This document shows, one piece after another, positions 11,201-18,170 of a stretch of DNA of 36,240 nt (position 1 is the stretch's first letter; each line of letters starts with the position of its first letter). The stretch lies in IMG/VR virus record IMGVR_UViG_3300025894_000001, one strand, 5' to 3'. This DNA comes from a virus. Under the pieces are notes generated by a model, which was not told where the DNA came from, searched no databases, and saw only the letters and a program-made list of their open reading frames with translations. Position numbers and translations under genes: made by a program.

Positions 11201-11312
11201 ACAAAACGAAGCTAGAAGAATGATGGGAAGAGATGCAGCAGATCAAGCTTTTGAAGATGCCGGTGTCGAAGTATTAACGCCGAAAAGTGAACAACCCCTT
11301 TTTAGAAATTAA
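8271..11312 (+). CDS. Large internal virion / DNA-ejection protein (gp16-like slot)
   Basis: The 1013-aa ORF overlaps the previous ORF by 29 nt. It has hydrophobic segments mid-protein. I recognised no lytic transglycosylase motif. Confidence 0.5.
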   Translation: MAIENADILNKEIPQTSTETPAPAGVSASGELEIDSWMDQPFGDSEEDQVLVAGLGNVARAIARPITTAIGIGKANMGDAVPENLRFKNLPKTEDDFFIKVDVNEAIDRPIRVDGEKLDTPELRQDKIDELDSLLSQADYQDFDTTKSWQLNPQNITSAEDFNKAQMAIAKRYRVEIDKQRRGVVTEEEQLKLARVFSNDPEFAKKFMTTGPGTALSAEELKAARFLVLKSAENLKASATNFRRQATGDDLPVAELEFLRNWNIHKELVVKWMGARAEAGRSLRAISGQSIGDMKDLSQAHIDELTRHYGSAADVARLADQVMAAQGLIGVNKTVAAQKSGISKWGAAIAENMTGSILSGLSTFGVNFFGNGLMIGRHATHLAVAARLGRWTMGDAAVVEKGEAMAYLIGSFASFNRARQAFVIALRTGEPYGGTAKFEGAKDKAISATSLGYDPKSAAGAAINVYGHIARAPMERILGPTDALYKVTNEGGHWAQLAYRQAAKDARAEGLSAAEQDVRLQQYMANPDQDTLLRMKEFGEYQTFTNPLGEWGRSTQKMLNQFTLGRLLVPVFRTPAQIFKIGFLEDTPLGFLSQSVRKDLYPEPEIGKAQLSSEQMERMQMAQSRMTVGTMTVATIGVLAANGYVTGSGPKEFGARDATREVVPPRSFVVERDEYGNPSKYMSFDRLEPFSLQIGLMADFYEILQASQHMDLDESQMEQIMDVGAALTLGVYENTINKTYMRGINEAISATQDPERYLERWQASFINAQLPLSGIRRDIRKMIDPMMRTTETLLERLKNQLPYFSKDLPALVGIHGEYIPYDHLMNLPLKTKEVSDDPTFQEYNRLFESTRIPPVTKGTAIIGGHKLNAQQKHDFQIISRNGIKLELDDQNNVIGASLPSYDPNANWKERIKPKGSGVTFAGAIQNLMISDQYNSPMVTDYARVEMIKKIQNGFDRAAREFLKAENPEILDAVLLIQQNEARRMMGRDAADQAFEDAGVEVLTPKSEQPLFRN

Positions 11313-11321
11313 GGCAAAAAA

Positions 11322-12962
11322 ATGACAGTTTCCACAACGACATCAAAGGTCAGTTATACAGGTAACGGCACGAACGACACGTTCGCTTATACCTTCAAGA
11401 TCTATGCTGACGGCGATCTCGAAGTCTACGTTGGCGGGGTCAAGAAAACACTCACAACGCACTATACGGTCACTAACGCCGGTACAGCTTCTGGCGGGAA
11501 TGTGGTGTTCACGACCGGCAACATCCCGGTAAACGGTGCCATCGTAGTCATTGCTCGAAGCTTGGCGCGCACCCAATCAAACGATTGGAACGATTATGAT
11601 AGGTTTCCCGCAGAAACACTCGAGGACTCTGTCGACCGGCTGACGTTTATAGAACAGGAACAGGACGAGGAAGCAGCTCGGTCGATTAAGTTCGCTTTGA
11701 CGGTAACAGATGTCGGTAACGTTGAAGTCACCGGCACAGCGGCTGAAAGGGCCAACAAGGTGTTCGGTTTTGATGCCGCCGGCAACCTGATCACCACGGT
11801 TGAGATCGGCAACTATGAAGGCAACTGGGCAGCTTCAACCGCCTATGTGACGCGCGATATTGTCAAAGACACCTCAACGGATAACATCTTCATTTGCTTA
11901 ACGTCACACACCTCAAGTGGCGCGCAACCGCTTACAACGAACACTGATTCCGCGAAGTGGGCGCTGTTGGTCGACGCAGCTTCATCTTCAACCGATGCAG
12001 CGGCAGCCGCCGCTTCAGCAACCGCAGCTGCCGGCAGTGCAACAGCCGCAGCCACTAGCGCGACTTCAGCCGCTACCAGTGCGACAACAGCGACAACGCA
12101 AGCATCTGCGGCCTCGACGAGCGCAACGGCAGCAGCATCAAGTGCATCGTCAGCTTCAACAAACGCGACCGCAACAGCTGCCGATGCAGTCAGCACTGCC
12201 GCCGATAAAGTTGCAACAAACGCTGATGCCGTTTCGACAGCTGCCGATGCTGTCTCGACCGCAGCTGACGCAGCGACCGCAACCACGCAAGCTGCAACAG
12301 CAACGACTCAAGCCGCAACAGCAACGACTCAGGCCGGTAACGCTGCGACATCTGCAACGGCGGCGGCCACGTCAGCAACCAATGCTGCAACAAGCGAGTC
12401 GAACGCTGCCACATCAAAAACCGCAGCTGAAACTGCAAAGACGGCAGCGGAAACAGCGCAAGCTGCGGCAGAGGCGGCACTCGACAATTTCGATGACATC
12501 TACCTTGGAGCGAAGTCGAGCGATCCCACGGTCGACAATGACGGCGCAGCTTTAACTGCCGGGGATCTGTATTTCAACACTTCGACAAATCGAATGCGCG
12601 TCTATGACGGTAGCAGTTGGGCAGACGTTGCGCTCGACGCTGCAACAGTCGTTGCCAAAACTTCCGCTACCGGATCAGGACAACTCCCCGCAGGAACCAC
12701 AGCACAGCGGGATGGTTCACCGTCAGCGGGGATGATTCGCTACAACTCAACGACAGCCGGGTTTGAAGGCTACGGATCAGCATGGGGCGCAATTGGTGGG
12801 GGCGCGTCAGGCGGGAACGGTGAGGCGTTTGTCTTTGAAAATGAAATTACCATCTCTGAGGATTACACCATGACGACAAATTTTAACGGCGTGAGCGCCG
12901 GGCCTCTCGTTATTTCGGGAACCATAACCATCCCTAGCGGATCAACTCTGGTAATCGTGTGA
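11322..12962 (+). CDS. Tail fibre protein with a T7 gp17-like N-terminal attachment domain
   Basis: The N-terminus reads SKVSYTGNGTNDTFAYTF..LEVYVGG..IARSL..ETLEDSVDRLTFIEQE. It is followed by an Ala/Thr/Ser heptad rod, then DLYFNTSTNRMRVYDGSSW and GMIRYNSTTAGFEGY motifs typical of fibres. Confidence 0.85.
   Translation: MTVSTTTSKVSYTGNGTNDTFAYTFKIYADGDLEVYVGGVKKTLTTHYTVTNAGTASGGNVVFTTGNIPVNGAIVVIARSLARTQSNDWNDYDRFPAETLEDSVDRLTFIEQEQDEEAARSIKFALTVTDVGNVEVTGTAAERANKVFGFDAAGNLITTVEIGNYEGNWAASTAYVTRDIVKDTSTDNIFICLTSHTSSGAQPLTTNTDSAKWALLVDAASSSTDAAAAAASATAAAGSATAAATSATSAATSATTATTQASAASTSATAAASSASSASTNATATAADAVSTAADKVATNADAVSTAADAVSTAADAATATTQAATATTQAATATTQAGNAATSATAAATSATNAATSESNAATSKTAAETAKTAAETAQAAAEAALDNFDDIYLGAKSSDPTVDNDGAALTAGDLYFNTSTNRMRVYDGSSWADVALDAATVVAKTSATGSGQLPAGTTAQRDGSPSAGMIRYNSTTAGFEGYGSAWGAIGGGASGGNGEAFVFENEITISEDYTMTTNFNGVSAGPLVISGTITIPSGSTLVIV
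11975..12480 (+). repeat. Low-complexity 21-nt (heptad) periodic repeats inside the fibre gene
   Basis: Three ATATTQA units lie at 12273..12335. AADAVST-type units lie at about 12178..12268. The long ORFs on other frames and strands in this stretch are artefacts of this composition. Confidence 0.85.
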
Positions 12963-13648
12963 TGGGATCAATAAACGTAAACGCAATAGACAAAGAATCA
13001 GGCTCAACGCTTACGTTGGGTGGGGCAGGGACAACCGTTGCAGTTCACGCATCTGCTACGACTTCTGGATTTGATAGTGGTCTTGCTTCGGTGCAAACCT
13101 TTACTTCAAGCGGAACGTGGACAAAGCCGTCTGGCATTACAAAAATAAATATAACAATAATTGGTGGGGGAGCAGGTGGAGCAGGGGCGACTAATCAATA
13201 CGGCGCAGGGTCGGGCGGAGCAGGTGGAACAGTAATTAAATATGCTCATGATGTTTCTTTAATTTCAACCGCAACAATAACAATAGGTTCTGGAGGTGTG
13301 GGAGCACTCTCTGCGGTTGGTACTGATGGGGGCAATAGCACTTACGTTGACACATCTTTGACTTTAACGGCGGGCGGAGGAGATAGCGATCAAGTTTCCC
13401 ATGGTTCTGCATCTGGTGGCGATATAAACCTTGTTGGGGAAGCCGGAGATTGTCCTCATTTTTATGGTTATAACTTAGGATCAAAAGGCGGAAGCACAAT
13501 ATTAGGTGGCGGTGGAGAAATGGCTTATTACGAATTTACCGGTCGAGATGCAGTTGGATATGGTTCCGGAGGTGGCGGGGGCGGTAGACAACAAGGAACA
13601 GGCGGTTCGGGAGCAAGCGGAATTTGCATTATTGAGGAGTACAAATAG
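12962..13648 (+). CDS. Glycine-rich distal fibre protein
   Basis: The start forms a TGATG overlap with the fibre gene stop. The protein has repeated GGxGG/GSGG blocks and an N-terminal SGSTLTLGG..TTSGF module shared with the downstream fibre genes. Confidence 0.7.
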   Translation: MGSINVNAIDKESGSTLTLGGAGTTVAVHASATTSGFDSGLASVQTFTSSGTWTKPSGITKINITIIGGGAGGAGATNQYGAGSGGAGGTVIKYAHDVSLISTATITIGSGGVGALSAVGTDGGNSTYVDTSLTLTAGGGDSDQVSHGSASGGDINLVGEAGDCPHFYGYNLGSKGGSTILGGGGEMAYYEFTGRDAVGYGSGGGGGGRQQGTGGSGASGICIIEEYK

Positions 13649-13918
13649 ATGAAATACGCAATCGTTAACTCTGGCATCGTTGACAACATCATTGAATGGG
13701 ATGGCAGTTCTGAATACAACGTAGACGGCGTTTTTATTGAAGCAGATGCTAACGCATATATCGGCGGTGTTTACGCTGACGGCGCATTTGTAGCACGACC
13801 GCCCGAACCCGAACCAGAACCAACTCAAGCAGATTTAGATCGTCAAAGTGCAAGAGATAAATTGTCCGCACTAGGTCTTTCTGACGCAGAAATTAACGCA
13901 CTGTCAGGAGGTCTGTAA
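13649..13918 (+). CDS. Small fibre-associated protein (possible assembly chaperone), paralog 1
   Basis: The 89-aa product shares IIEWDGS and PEPEPTQADL motifs with 14517..14831 and 15439..15759. It directly follows a fibre gene. Confidence 0.55.
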   Translation: MKYAIVNSGIVDNIIEWDGSSEYNVDGVFIEADANAYIGGVYADGAFVARPPEPEPEPTQADLDRQSARDKLSALGLSDAEINALSGGL

Positions 13919-14517
13919 TGTCCAGTCTACTTAAAGCAAATTCAATATCAGCCGCGACAGGAGCCACGGTCACGATCCCATCAGGCACGACTCTCGACAT
14001 TGCATCGGGTGCGACGATTGCAAACAGTGGAACTGCTTCTGGGTTTAGTAGCGGGTTTGTTTCTTATGCTCTTATTTGCGATCAGAAATCATCAGGCACT
14101 GCCGGAGGCACATTTGCAAATGCTTTGTGGCGAACCAGAGATTTGAATACAAAAATTGCTGACCCCGATGGCATTGTTTCAATTTCAAGCAATCAATTTA
14201 CTCTTGGAGCGGGTTCATATCTTATAAAGTGGTCTGCGCCCGCCGCAAGAGTTGGTAGGCATAAAGCGGCACTTTATGACGTTACAGGAACAGCGTACAT
14301 CGAATATGGAGATGCACGATGGGGTGATACTTATGACGGTGAATCTGATCCTTCGACCGGAATGGCGCGAGTAACTCCTAGCGGGTCTAATGTTTACGAA
14401 ATACGTCACCATTGTGCAACTGGGTACGCAACTTATGGGTTTGGGTTCGAGGGTGGTGCTGATACTGGTAACGTTGTCGAAAAATACACTTTCGTCGAAA
14501 TTTACAAGGAGGCGTAA
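13918..14517 (+). CDS. Receptor-binding fibre protein, paralog A
   Basis: The 199-aa product carries the NSGTASGF linker, then WRTRDLNT..NQFTLGAGSYLI..LYDVTGT. It is colinear with 14828..15436. Confidence 0.65.
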   Translation: MSSLLKANSISAATGATVTIPSGTTLDIASGATIANSGTASGFSSGFVSYALICDQKSSGTAGGTFANALWRTRDLNTKIADPDGIVSISSNQFTLGAGSYLIKWSAPAARVGRHKAALYDVTGTAYIEYGDARWGDTYDGESDPSTGMARVTPSGSNVYEIRHHCATGYATYGFGFEGGADTGNVVEKYTFVEIYKEA

Positions 14518-14831
14518 TGGACATTAGTCTTTGCATTATTCATTTAGGTCTTAACGCCAATCAATATCGATTAAGCCAGTCAAACACTCCGCATGAGATT
14601 ATTGAGTGGAGTGGTTCTGATCCGCAACCAACACAAGCAGAACTAGAAACAGCATGGTCTGAAATTGAACAAAGCGGGTATTTACAAAAAGAAGAAGATT
14701 ATTCAAGAGCAAGAGCCGAAGCATATCCATCTTGGCAAGAACAAATGGACATGATGTTTCACGATCAAACAGAAGGCTCACGCACTTGGTTAGATGCCAT
14801 TGAAGCCGTCAAGGAGGCATATCCAAAATGA
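14517..14831 (+). CDS. Small fibre-associated protein, paralog 2
   Basis: The 104-aa product contains LGLNANQYRL..IIEWSGSDPQPTQAELETAW. It is coupled to both neighbours by ATGA/TAATG overlaps. Confidence 0.55.
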   Translation: MDISLCIIHLGLNANQYRLSQSNTPHEIIEWSGSDPQPTQAELETAWSEIEQSGYLQKEEDYSRARAEAYPSWQEQMDMMFHDQTEGSRTWLDAIEAVKEAYPK

Positions 14832-15436
14832 GTGAAGTAAAAGTTGACACGATCTCCGAAAGAACTTCTGCTAATGGAGTTGTTGTTGATGGGGTCACAA
14901 TTAAGGACAGTGGGCTAACGATTCCTAGTGGTGGAACGATTACTAACAACGGTACGGCTAGTGGGTTTGGGTTATTTACAAGTTATGCAATTATTTACGA
15001 TCAAAAAACAGTAGGTACGAATGGCGGAAGTTTTACATCTGGAGCATGGAGAACAAGAGATTTAAATACTGTTCATGCTGATCCAGATTCAATAGTAACT
15101 CTTTCTGCCAATCAATTTACTTTAGGTGCGGGAACATATTGGATTGAAGCATTTTCAACTGCGGCTTATATTCAACAGCATCAACTTGCAATTTATGATG
15201 TAACTGGAACTACGCTTTATCCCGGAATAAATAATTTTAGTCAAACTGGTGGAGATCATTGGGGATCTGTAATTGTCAGTATGAGACATACTGCTTCTGC
15301 GTCTAATACTTATGAATTGCAACATAGGTGCAGAACCACAAAGACTAGCACTTCTGCGTTTGGCATTTCACATGGTGGTTACTGGTCGGATACTCCAGAC
15401 ATTTATTCCGTAGTTAAAATTTTTAAAGAGGCTTAA
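14828..15436 (+). CDS. Receptor-binding fibre protein, paralog B
   Basis: The 202-aa product contains NNGTASGF..WRTRDLNT..NQFTLGAGTYWI..IYDVTGT. It is visibly more AT-rich than paralog A. Confidence 0.65.
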   Translation: MSEVKVDTISERTSANGVVVDGVTIKDSGLTIPSGGTITNNGTASGFGLFTSYAIIYDQKTVGTNGGSFTSGAWRTRDLNTVHADPDSIVTLSANQFTLGAGTYWIEAFSTAAYIQQHQLAIYDVTGTTLYPGINNFSQTGGDHWGSVIVSMRHTASASNTYELQHRCRTTKTSTSAFGISHGGYWSDTPDIYSVVKIFKEA

Positions 15437-15438
15437 TC

Positions 15439-15759
15439 ATGGATATTAATATTTGCATTAACAGATTAGGTCTTAATGGAAACCGCTACCGACTTAATCA
15501 GTCTAATCCTCCACATTATTTTATTGAGTGGAGTGGATCAGACCCACAACCAACAGAAGCAGAACTGCAATCGGCGTGGGATTCTTATGTTGCCGAACAA
15601 CCCGCTACCCAATACCAACGTGATCGACAGGCAGAGTATCCGTCTATTGACGAATTGATCGTTGCTCTATGGGAAGGCGTGGTCGAAGAACGCATGGCAT
15701 CTGTTACTGCGTTGGAAGCGGATCGACAGGCGGTTAAAACAAAGTATCCGAAACCATGA
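15439..15759 (+). CDS. Small fibre-associated protein, paralog 3
   Basis: The 106-aa product contains LGLNGNRYRL..FIEWSGSDPQPTEAELQSAW. Confidence 0.55.
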   Translation: MDINICINRLGLNGNRYRLNQSNPPHYFIEWSGSDPQPTEAELQSAWDSYVAEQPATQYQRDRQAEYPSIDELIVALWEGVVEERMASVTALEADRQAVKTKYPKP

Positions 15760-16133
15760 TCAAAGCCTTCGCGCTGACAGCCGCCTTGATAGGCGGTTTT
15801 TTTTCGTCTGCACATTCGCAACAACCGATGCCCAAGGGTATGTATGAGTTCGCCGCTCCAATGACGTTTATGTGTGTCGACTCGTTCGTTCGGATGATGG
15901 AGATTCTTGAAAAAGATTACCGCGAAATCCCGATGGTGATTTCGCACCTCACTCCATCAATGAGCATAATTCTTTTTGTCAATCACGACTCAACCACAAG
16001 CACCGTTGTCGTAACGAAGCGCACCAAAGAAAAAGAACAGGCTTGCATAGTTTTCGGTGGTGCATCTAACGGCACTTCGTTTTCGTTAAACCCTAACCCA
16101 ACCTTTCCGGTTGAAGCGAACTTTGAAGGTTGA
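15756..16133 (+). CDS. Secreted protein of unknown function
   Basis: The start forms an ATGA overlap. The N-terminal signal-like sequence is MIKAFALTAALIGGFFSSAHS. Confidence 0.6.
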   Translation: MIKAFALTAALIGGFFSSAHSQQPMPKGMYEFAAPMTFMCVDSFVRMMEILEKDYREIPMVISHLTPSMSIILFVNHDSTTSTVVVTKRTKEKEQACIVFGGASNGTSFSLNPNPTFPVEANFEG

Positions 16134-16336
16134 CGGACATATCTGAAAAAGAAATCGGGCGGCTCATTGAAAAGGTTGAATCAACCGAAAGAATGATGCA
16201 CGAGATGACAACAAGAATGACAAATCTTGAGGCGCAACTGCATACCCAAAGAGGCTTGGGGATTGGATTGTTAATTGCAATTACCACAGTTACAGCATCT
16301 GGCGCTTCGCTTATCACGAGGTGGCTAAACGCATGA
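16130..16336 (+). CDS. Small protein with a C-terminal transmembrane segment (holin-like candidate)
   Basis: The hydrophobic stretch is GLGIGLLIAITTVTASGASLI. The TTG start is uncertain, and an ATG lies 21 codons in. Confidence 0.45.
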   Translation: MTDISEKEIGRLIEKVESTERMMHEMTTRMTNLEAQLHTQRGLGIGLLIAITTVTASGASLITRWLNA

Positions 16337-16647
16337 ATATCCCAACCTATTTAATCGGCGCAATCATTTTTCTTGTCGGTCAAACGACCGGCGCGATTTG
16401 GTGGGCGTCATCACTTTCAGCCGAAGTCGAAAGGCTCGGTGGAATACAAGGCGGTCAACACACCGCTCAGATAAACGCTCTTCAAGAAGATGCACAGAAG
16501 TGTCAGCTTGAAATTCATAACCTTCAGAAACTTGTAACAGATCAAGGCAATCTGGCAACGGCTATCAAAAGCGTTGACGTAATGGAATTTCGCCTTGAGT
16601 CAATCGAGCAGATGCTCGACAAAGTTCTTGCTACAAAAATTAGATAA
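16333..16647 (+). CDS. N-terminal transmembrane plus coiled-coil protein (lysis-associated candidate)
   Basis: The start forms an ATGA overlap with the previous stop. The TM segment is YLIGAIIFLVGQTTGAIWWA, followed by a heptad-like helical region. Confidence 0.5.
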   Translation: MNIPTYLIGAIIFLVGQTTGAIWWASSLSAEVERLGGIQGGQHTAQINALQEDAQKCQLEIHNLQKLVTDQGNLATAIKSVDVMEFRLESIEQMLDKVLATKIR

Positions 16648-16657
16648 GGAGATAAAA

Positions 16658-16762
16658 GTGCCAAAAGTTGGAAATAAGAAGTTCCCTTACACGGCAAAGG
16701 GCAAAAAAGATGCACAGTCATACGCGAGCAAAAATGCAAAAAAAGCTAAATCAAAAAAGTGA
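16658..16762 (+). CDS. 34-aa lysine-rich peptide (not in the ORF track)
   Basis: A strong AAGGAG site lies 6 nt before the GTG start. The product is VPKVGNKKFPYTAKGKKDAQSYASKNAKKAKSKK. Its stop abuts the next ATG. Confidence 0.5.
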   Translation: MPKVGNKKFPYTAKGKKDAQSYASKNAKKAKSKK

Positions 16763-16975
16763 ATGAAGATCTTTGAACACAACCACGCCAAAGGTAAATA
16801 TTGGCAGCACGCAAAAAGGGCCGGGTTTATCTCCGGCCTTTTTATTGGTAGCGGAGTAGTCGGGATAGCTCATGCCGTTTGCCCGTGGTTCCTCCCTGAG
16901 TTTCTGACTGAGGCAAACAAACGGATCTCAAAAGAGCTTGATCAAAAACTTTGTGAATGTCCGGCTGATGATTGA
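16763..16975 (+). CDS. Small membrane protein
   Basis: The 70-aa product has the hydrophobic core FISGLFIGSGVVGIAHAV. Confidence 0.55.
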   Translation: MKIFEHNHAKGKYWQHAKRAGFISGLFIGSGVVGIAHAVCPWFLPEFLTEANKRISKELDQKLCECPADD

Positions 16976-17396
16976 TCCCTATAAAGGTTTGAACGAATGG
17001 CTCAACGAGCTTGATCAAAAAACTAAAAAAGTATTCTTTATCCTTATTGTGGTTGGGTTTGTCCTAATGATTTCAGCTTGCTCGTCAATGAAAGAGATGG
17101 CGTGGACTTCGGGAGCTGCACTCGCTACCGGCGCCGCAGCTTCAGTTGTGACCGGCACCTTGCCGGCAGTCGCAGCCGGAGCTGCTGCCGGGGGTCTTAC
17201 CGCCGCGGTAATCTCTGACGCACCCAGTTCATTGCCGTCAGCTCCAGAACAGGCGACGAGCGGGTGGGGCGCACTGGCGGTGTTGTTCGCCACTAGTGGC
17301 AAATGGCTCGGGATCTGCGCGCTTGCTTTCATCGTTCTTGGTTGGTTGGTGCCTTCACCCTTCAAGCTGAATAAGCGTGACACCAAGACTGGTTGA
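16968..17396 (+). CDS. Membrane protein with a lipobox-like ISAC and a C-terminal TM segment (u-spanin or holin candidate)
   Basis: The ATG at 16968 overlaps the upstream stop. The protein contains VFFILIVVGFVLMISAC, an Ala/Gly-rich middle and WLGICALAFIVLGWLV near the C-terminus. Confidence 0.5.
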   Translation: MIDPYKGLNEWLNELDQKTKKVFFILIVVGFVLMISACSSMKEMAWTSGAALATGAAASVVTGTLPAVAAGAAAGGLTAAVISDAPSSLPSAPEQATSGWGALAVLFATSGKWLGICALAFIVLGWLVPSPFKLNKRDTKTG

Positions 17397-17610
17397 AGTT
17401 GTTTGGGAAGATATTGCCCAAGATGCGTCTTGGGCGACTGACACAGATTGCGTAACGGTCACTAGCGTCGGCTATCTGGCTGAAGACAGCGAGAAGTATC
17501 TTAAGATAGGTGGGTCAATCACAGAAGATGGAGACATTGCCGGAATTCTCGCTATGCCAAAAGGCTGCGTAATTCTAGTCAAATTTCTGTCGAGAGAATC
17601 GACGCCATAA
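17377..17610 (+). CDS. Hypothetical protein
   Basis: The 77-aa ORF has a GTG start with no clear RBS. It is the only long ORF in this stretch. Confidence 0.4.
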   Translation: MTPRLVEVVWEDIAQDASWATDTDCVTVTSVGYLAEDSEKYLKIGGSITEDGDIAGILAMPKGCVILVKFLSRESTP

Positions 17611-17620
17611 TAGGTGACCC

Positions 17621-17872
17621 ATGAACACCGAAAATTATCCTCAAACTATTTTTGAAACCCCCGGACTCTGCACAACAATAATGAAAATAAACCCGAATCC
17701 CATTCCCCCGGCGGGGCAATTCCATTCGCAGCTAATGAGCGCAAAATCGAAAGCTCAAGTAATCGACATCCTTTGCGCCCGAGGTTCTGCCGCCGGATGG
17801 TTCTCGGATATGCCTGACGGCCTATTCGAGAAACTCGATCAGATGCGTCACACCAAAGGCGAAGCTGCGTAA
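17621..17872 (+). CDS. Hypothetical protein (last gene before attP)
   Basis: The 83-aa ORF starts with ATG. Confidence 0.5.
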   Translation: MNTENYPQTIFETPGLCTTIMKINPNPIPPAGQFHSQLMSAKSKAQVIDILCARGSAAGWFSDMPDGLFEKLDQMRHTKGEAA

Positions 17873-17873
17873 A

Positions 17874-17897
17874 AGTTGTGACCAAAGTTGTGACCAA
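17874..17897 (+). repeat. Tandem 2 x AGTTGTGACCAA, putative integrase arm-type sites (P arm)
   Basis: An exact 24-nt copy lies at 18091..18114 in the same orientation, on the other side of the tRNA-like core. Confidence 0.7.
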
Positions 17898-17991
17898 AAT
17901 AGAACAACCCCAAGCAGCTCCAAGCAGCTCTAAGCAGTTGCAACTCCTAGACAGTCGCAAAAAACACTGTAATAATAGACTCCGGCAGGAA

Positions 17992-18037
17992 CTTGCCAAG
18001 GTTGGGGTCGCGAGTTCGAATCTCGTTTCCCGCTCCA
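17992..18037 (+). other. attP core: 3' portion of tRNA-Gly(GCC), from the anticodon loop to CCA
   Basis: The sequence is CTTGCCAAGGTTGGGGTCGCGAGTTCGAATCTCGTTTCCCGCTCCA. From memory it matches enterobacterial tRNA-Gly(GCC) almost exactly. There is no matching 5' half (GCGGGAA..) upstream, so this is not a full tRNA gene. Confidence 0.8.
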
Positions 18038-18090
18038 TTAAATCAATGACTTACGTCTGATCTGTATTAGTGGTTTCTGATATAGACCCC

Positions 18091-18114
18091 AGTTGTGACC
18101 AAAGTTGTGACCAA
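18091..18114 (+). repeat. Tandem 2 x AGTTGTGACCAA, putative arm-type sites (P' arm)
   Basis: It is identical to 17874..17897. Confidence 0.7.
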
Positions 18115-18123
18115 ATCAGGCAT

Positions 18124-18156
18124 AAAAAAACGGACGTTGCTTAGCAACGTCCGTTT
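18124..18156 (-). terminator. Rho-independent terminator downstream of int
   Basis: A 13-bp stem (AAACGGACGTTGC / GCAACGTCCGTTT) with a 3-nt loop is followed by a T-run on the minus strand. Confidence 0.85.
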
Positions 18157-18170
18157 CGAGGGGGGTGCTT

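Noticed and set aside
11843-12555. Long ORFs on the minus strand and in alternative plus frames (147 aa, 212 aa, 96 aa).
   Set aside because: They lie entirely within the Ala/Thr/Ser codon-repeat region of the tail fibre gene. Their products are low-complexity (poly-Ala or Gln/Arg/Pro) and they have no start signals.
13918-15759. A possible diversity-generating retroelement (template/variable repeats), considered because the virion module is BPP-1-like.
   Set aside because: No reverse transcriptase ORF exists anywhere in the genome. The two copies differ at all base types rather than at adenines only, so they are ordinary diverged paralogs.
17953-18037. A possible complete tRNA gene.
   Set aside because: Only the anticodon loop through CCA matches tRNA-Gly. 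The 5' acceptor strand (GCGGGAA), the D-arm and the 5' anticodon stem are absent. It is an attP core, not a functional tRNA.
17878-18060. The plus-strand ORF 17878..18060 and the minus-strand ORF 17646..18038 across attP.
   Set aside because: They overlap the arm repeats and the tRNA fragment, have no RBS, and conflict with the better-supported gene 17621..17872.
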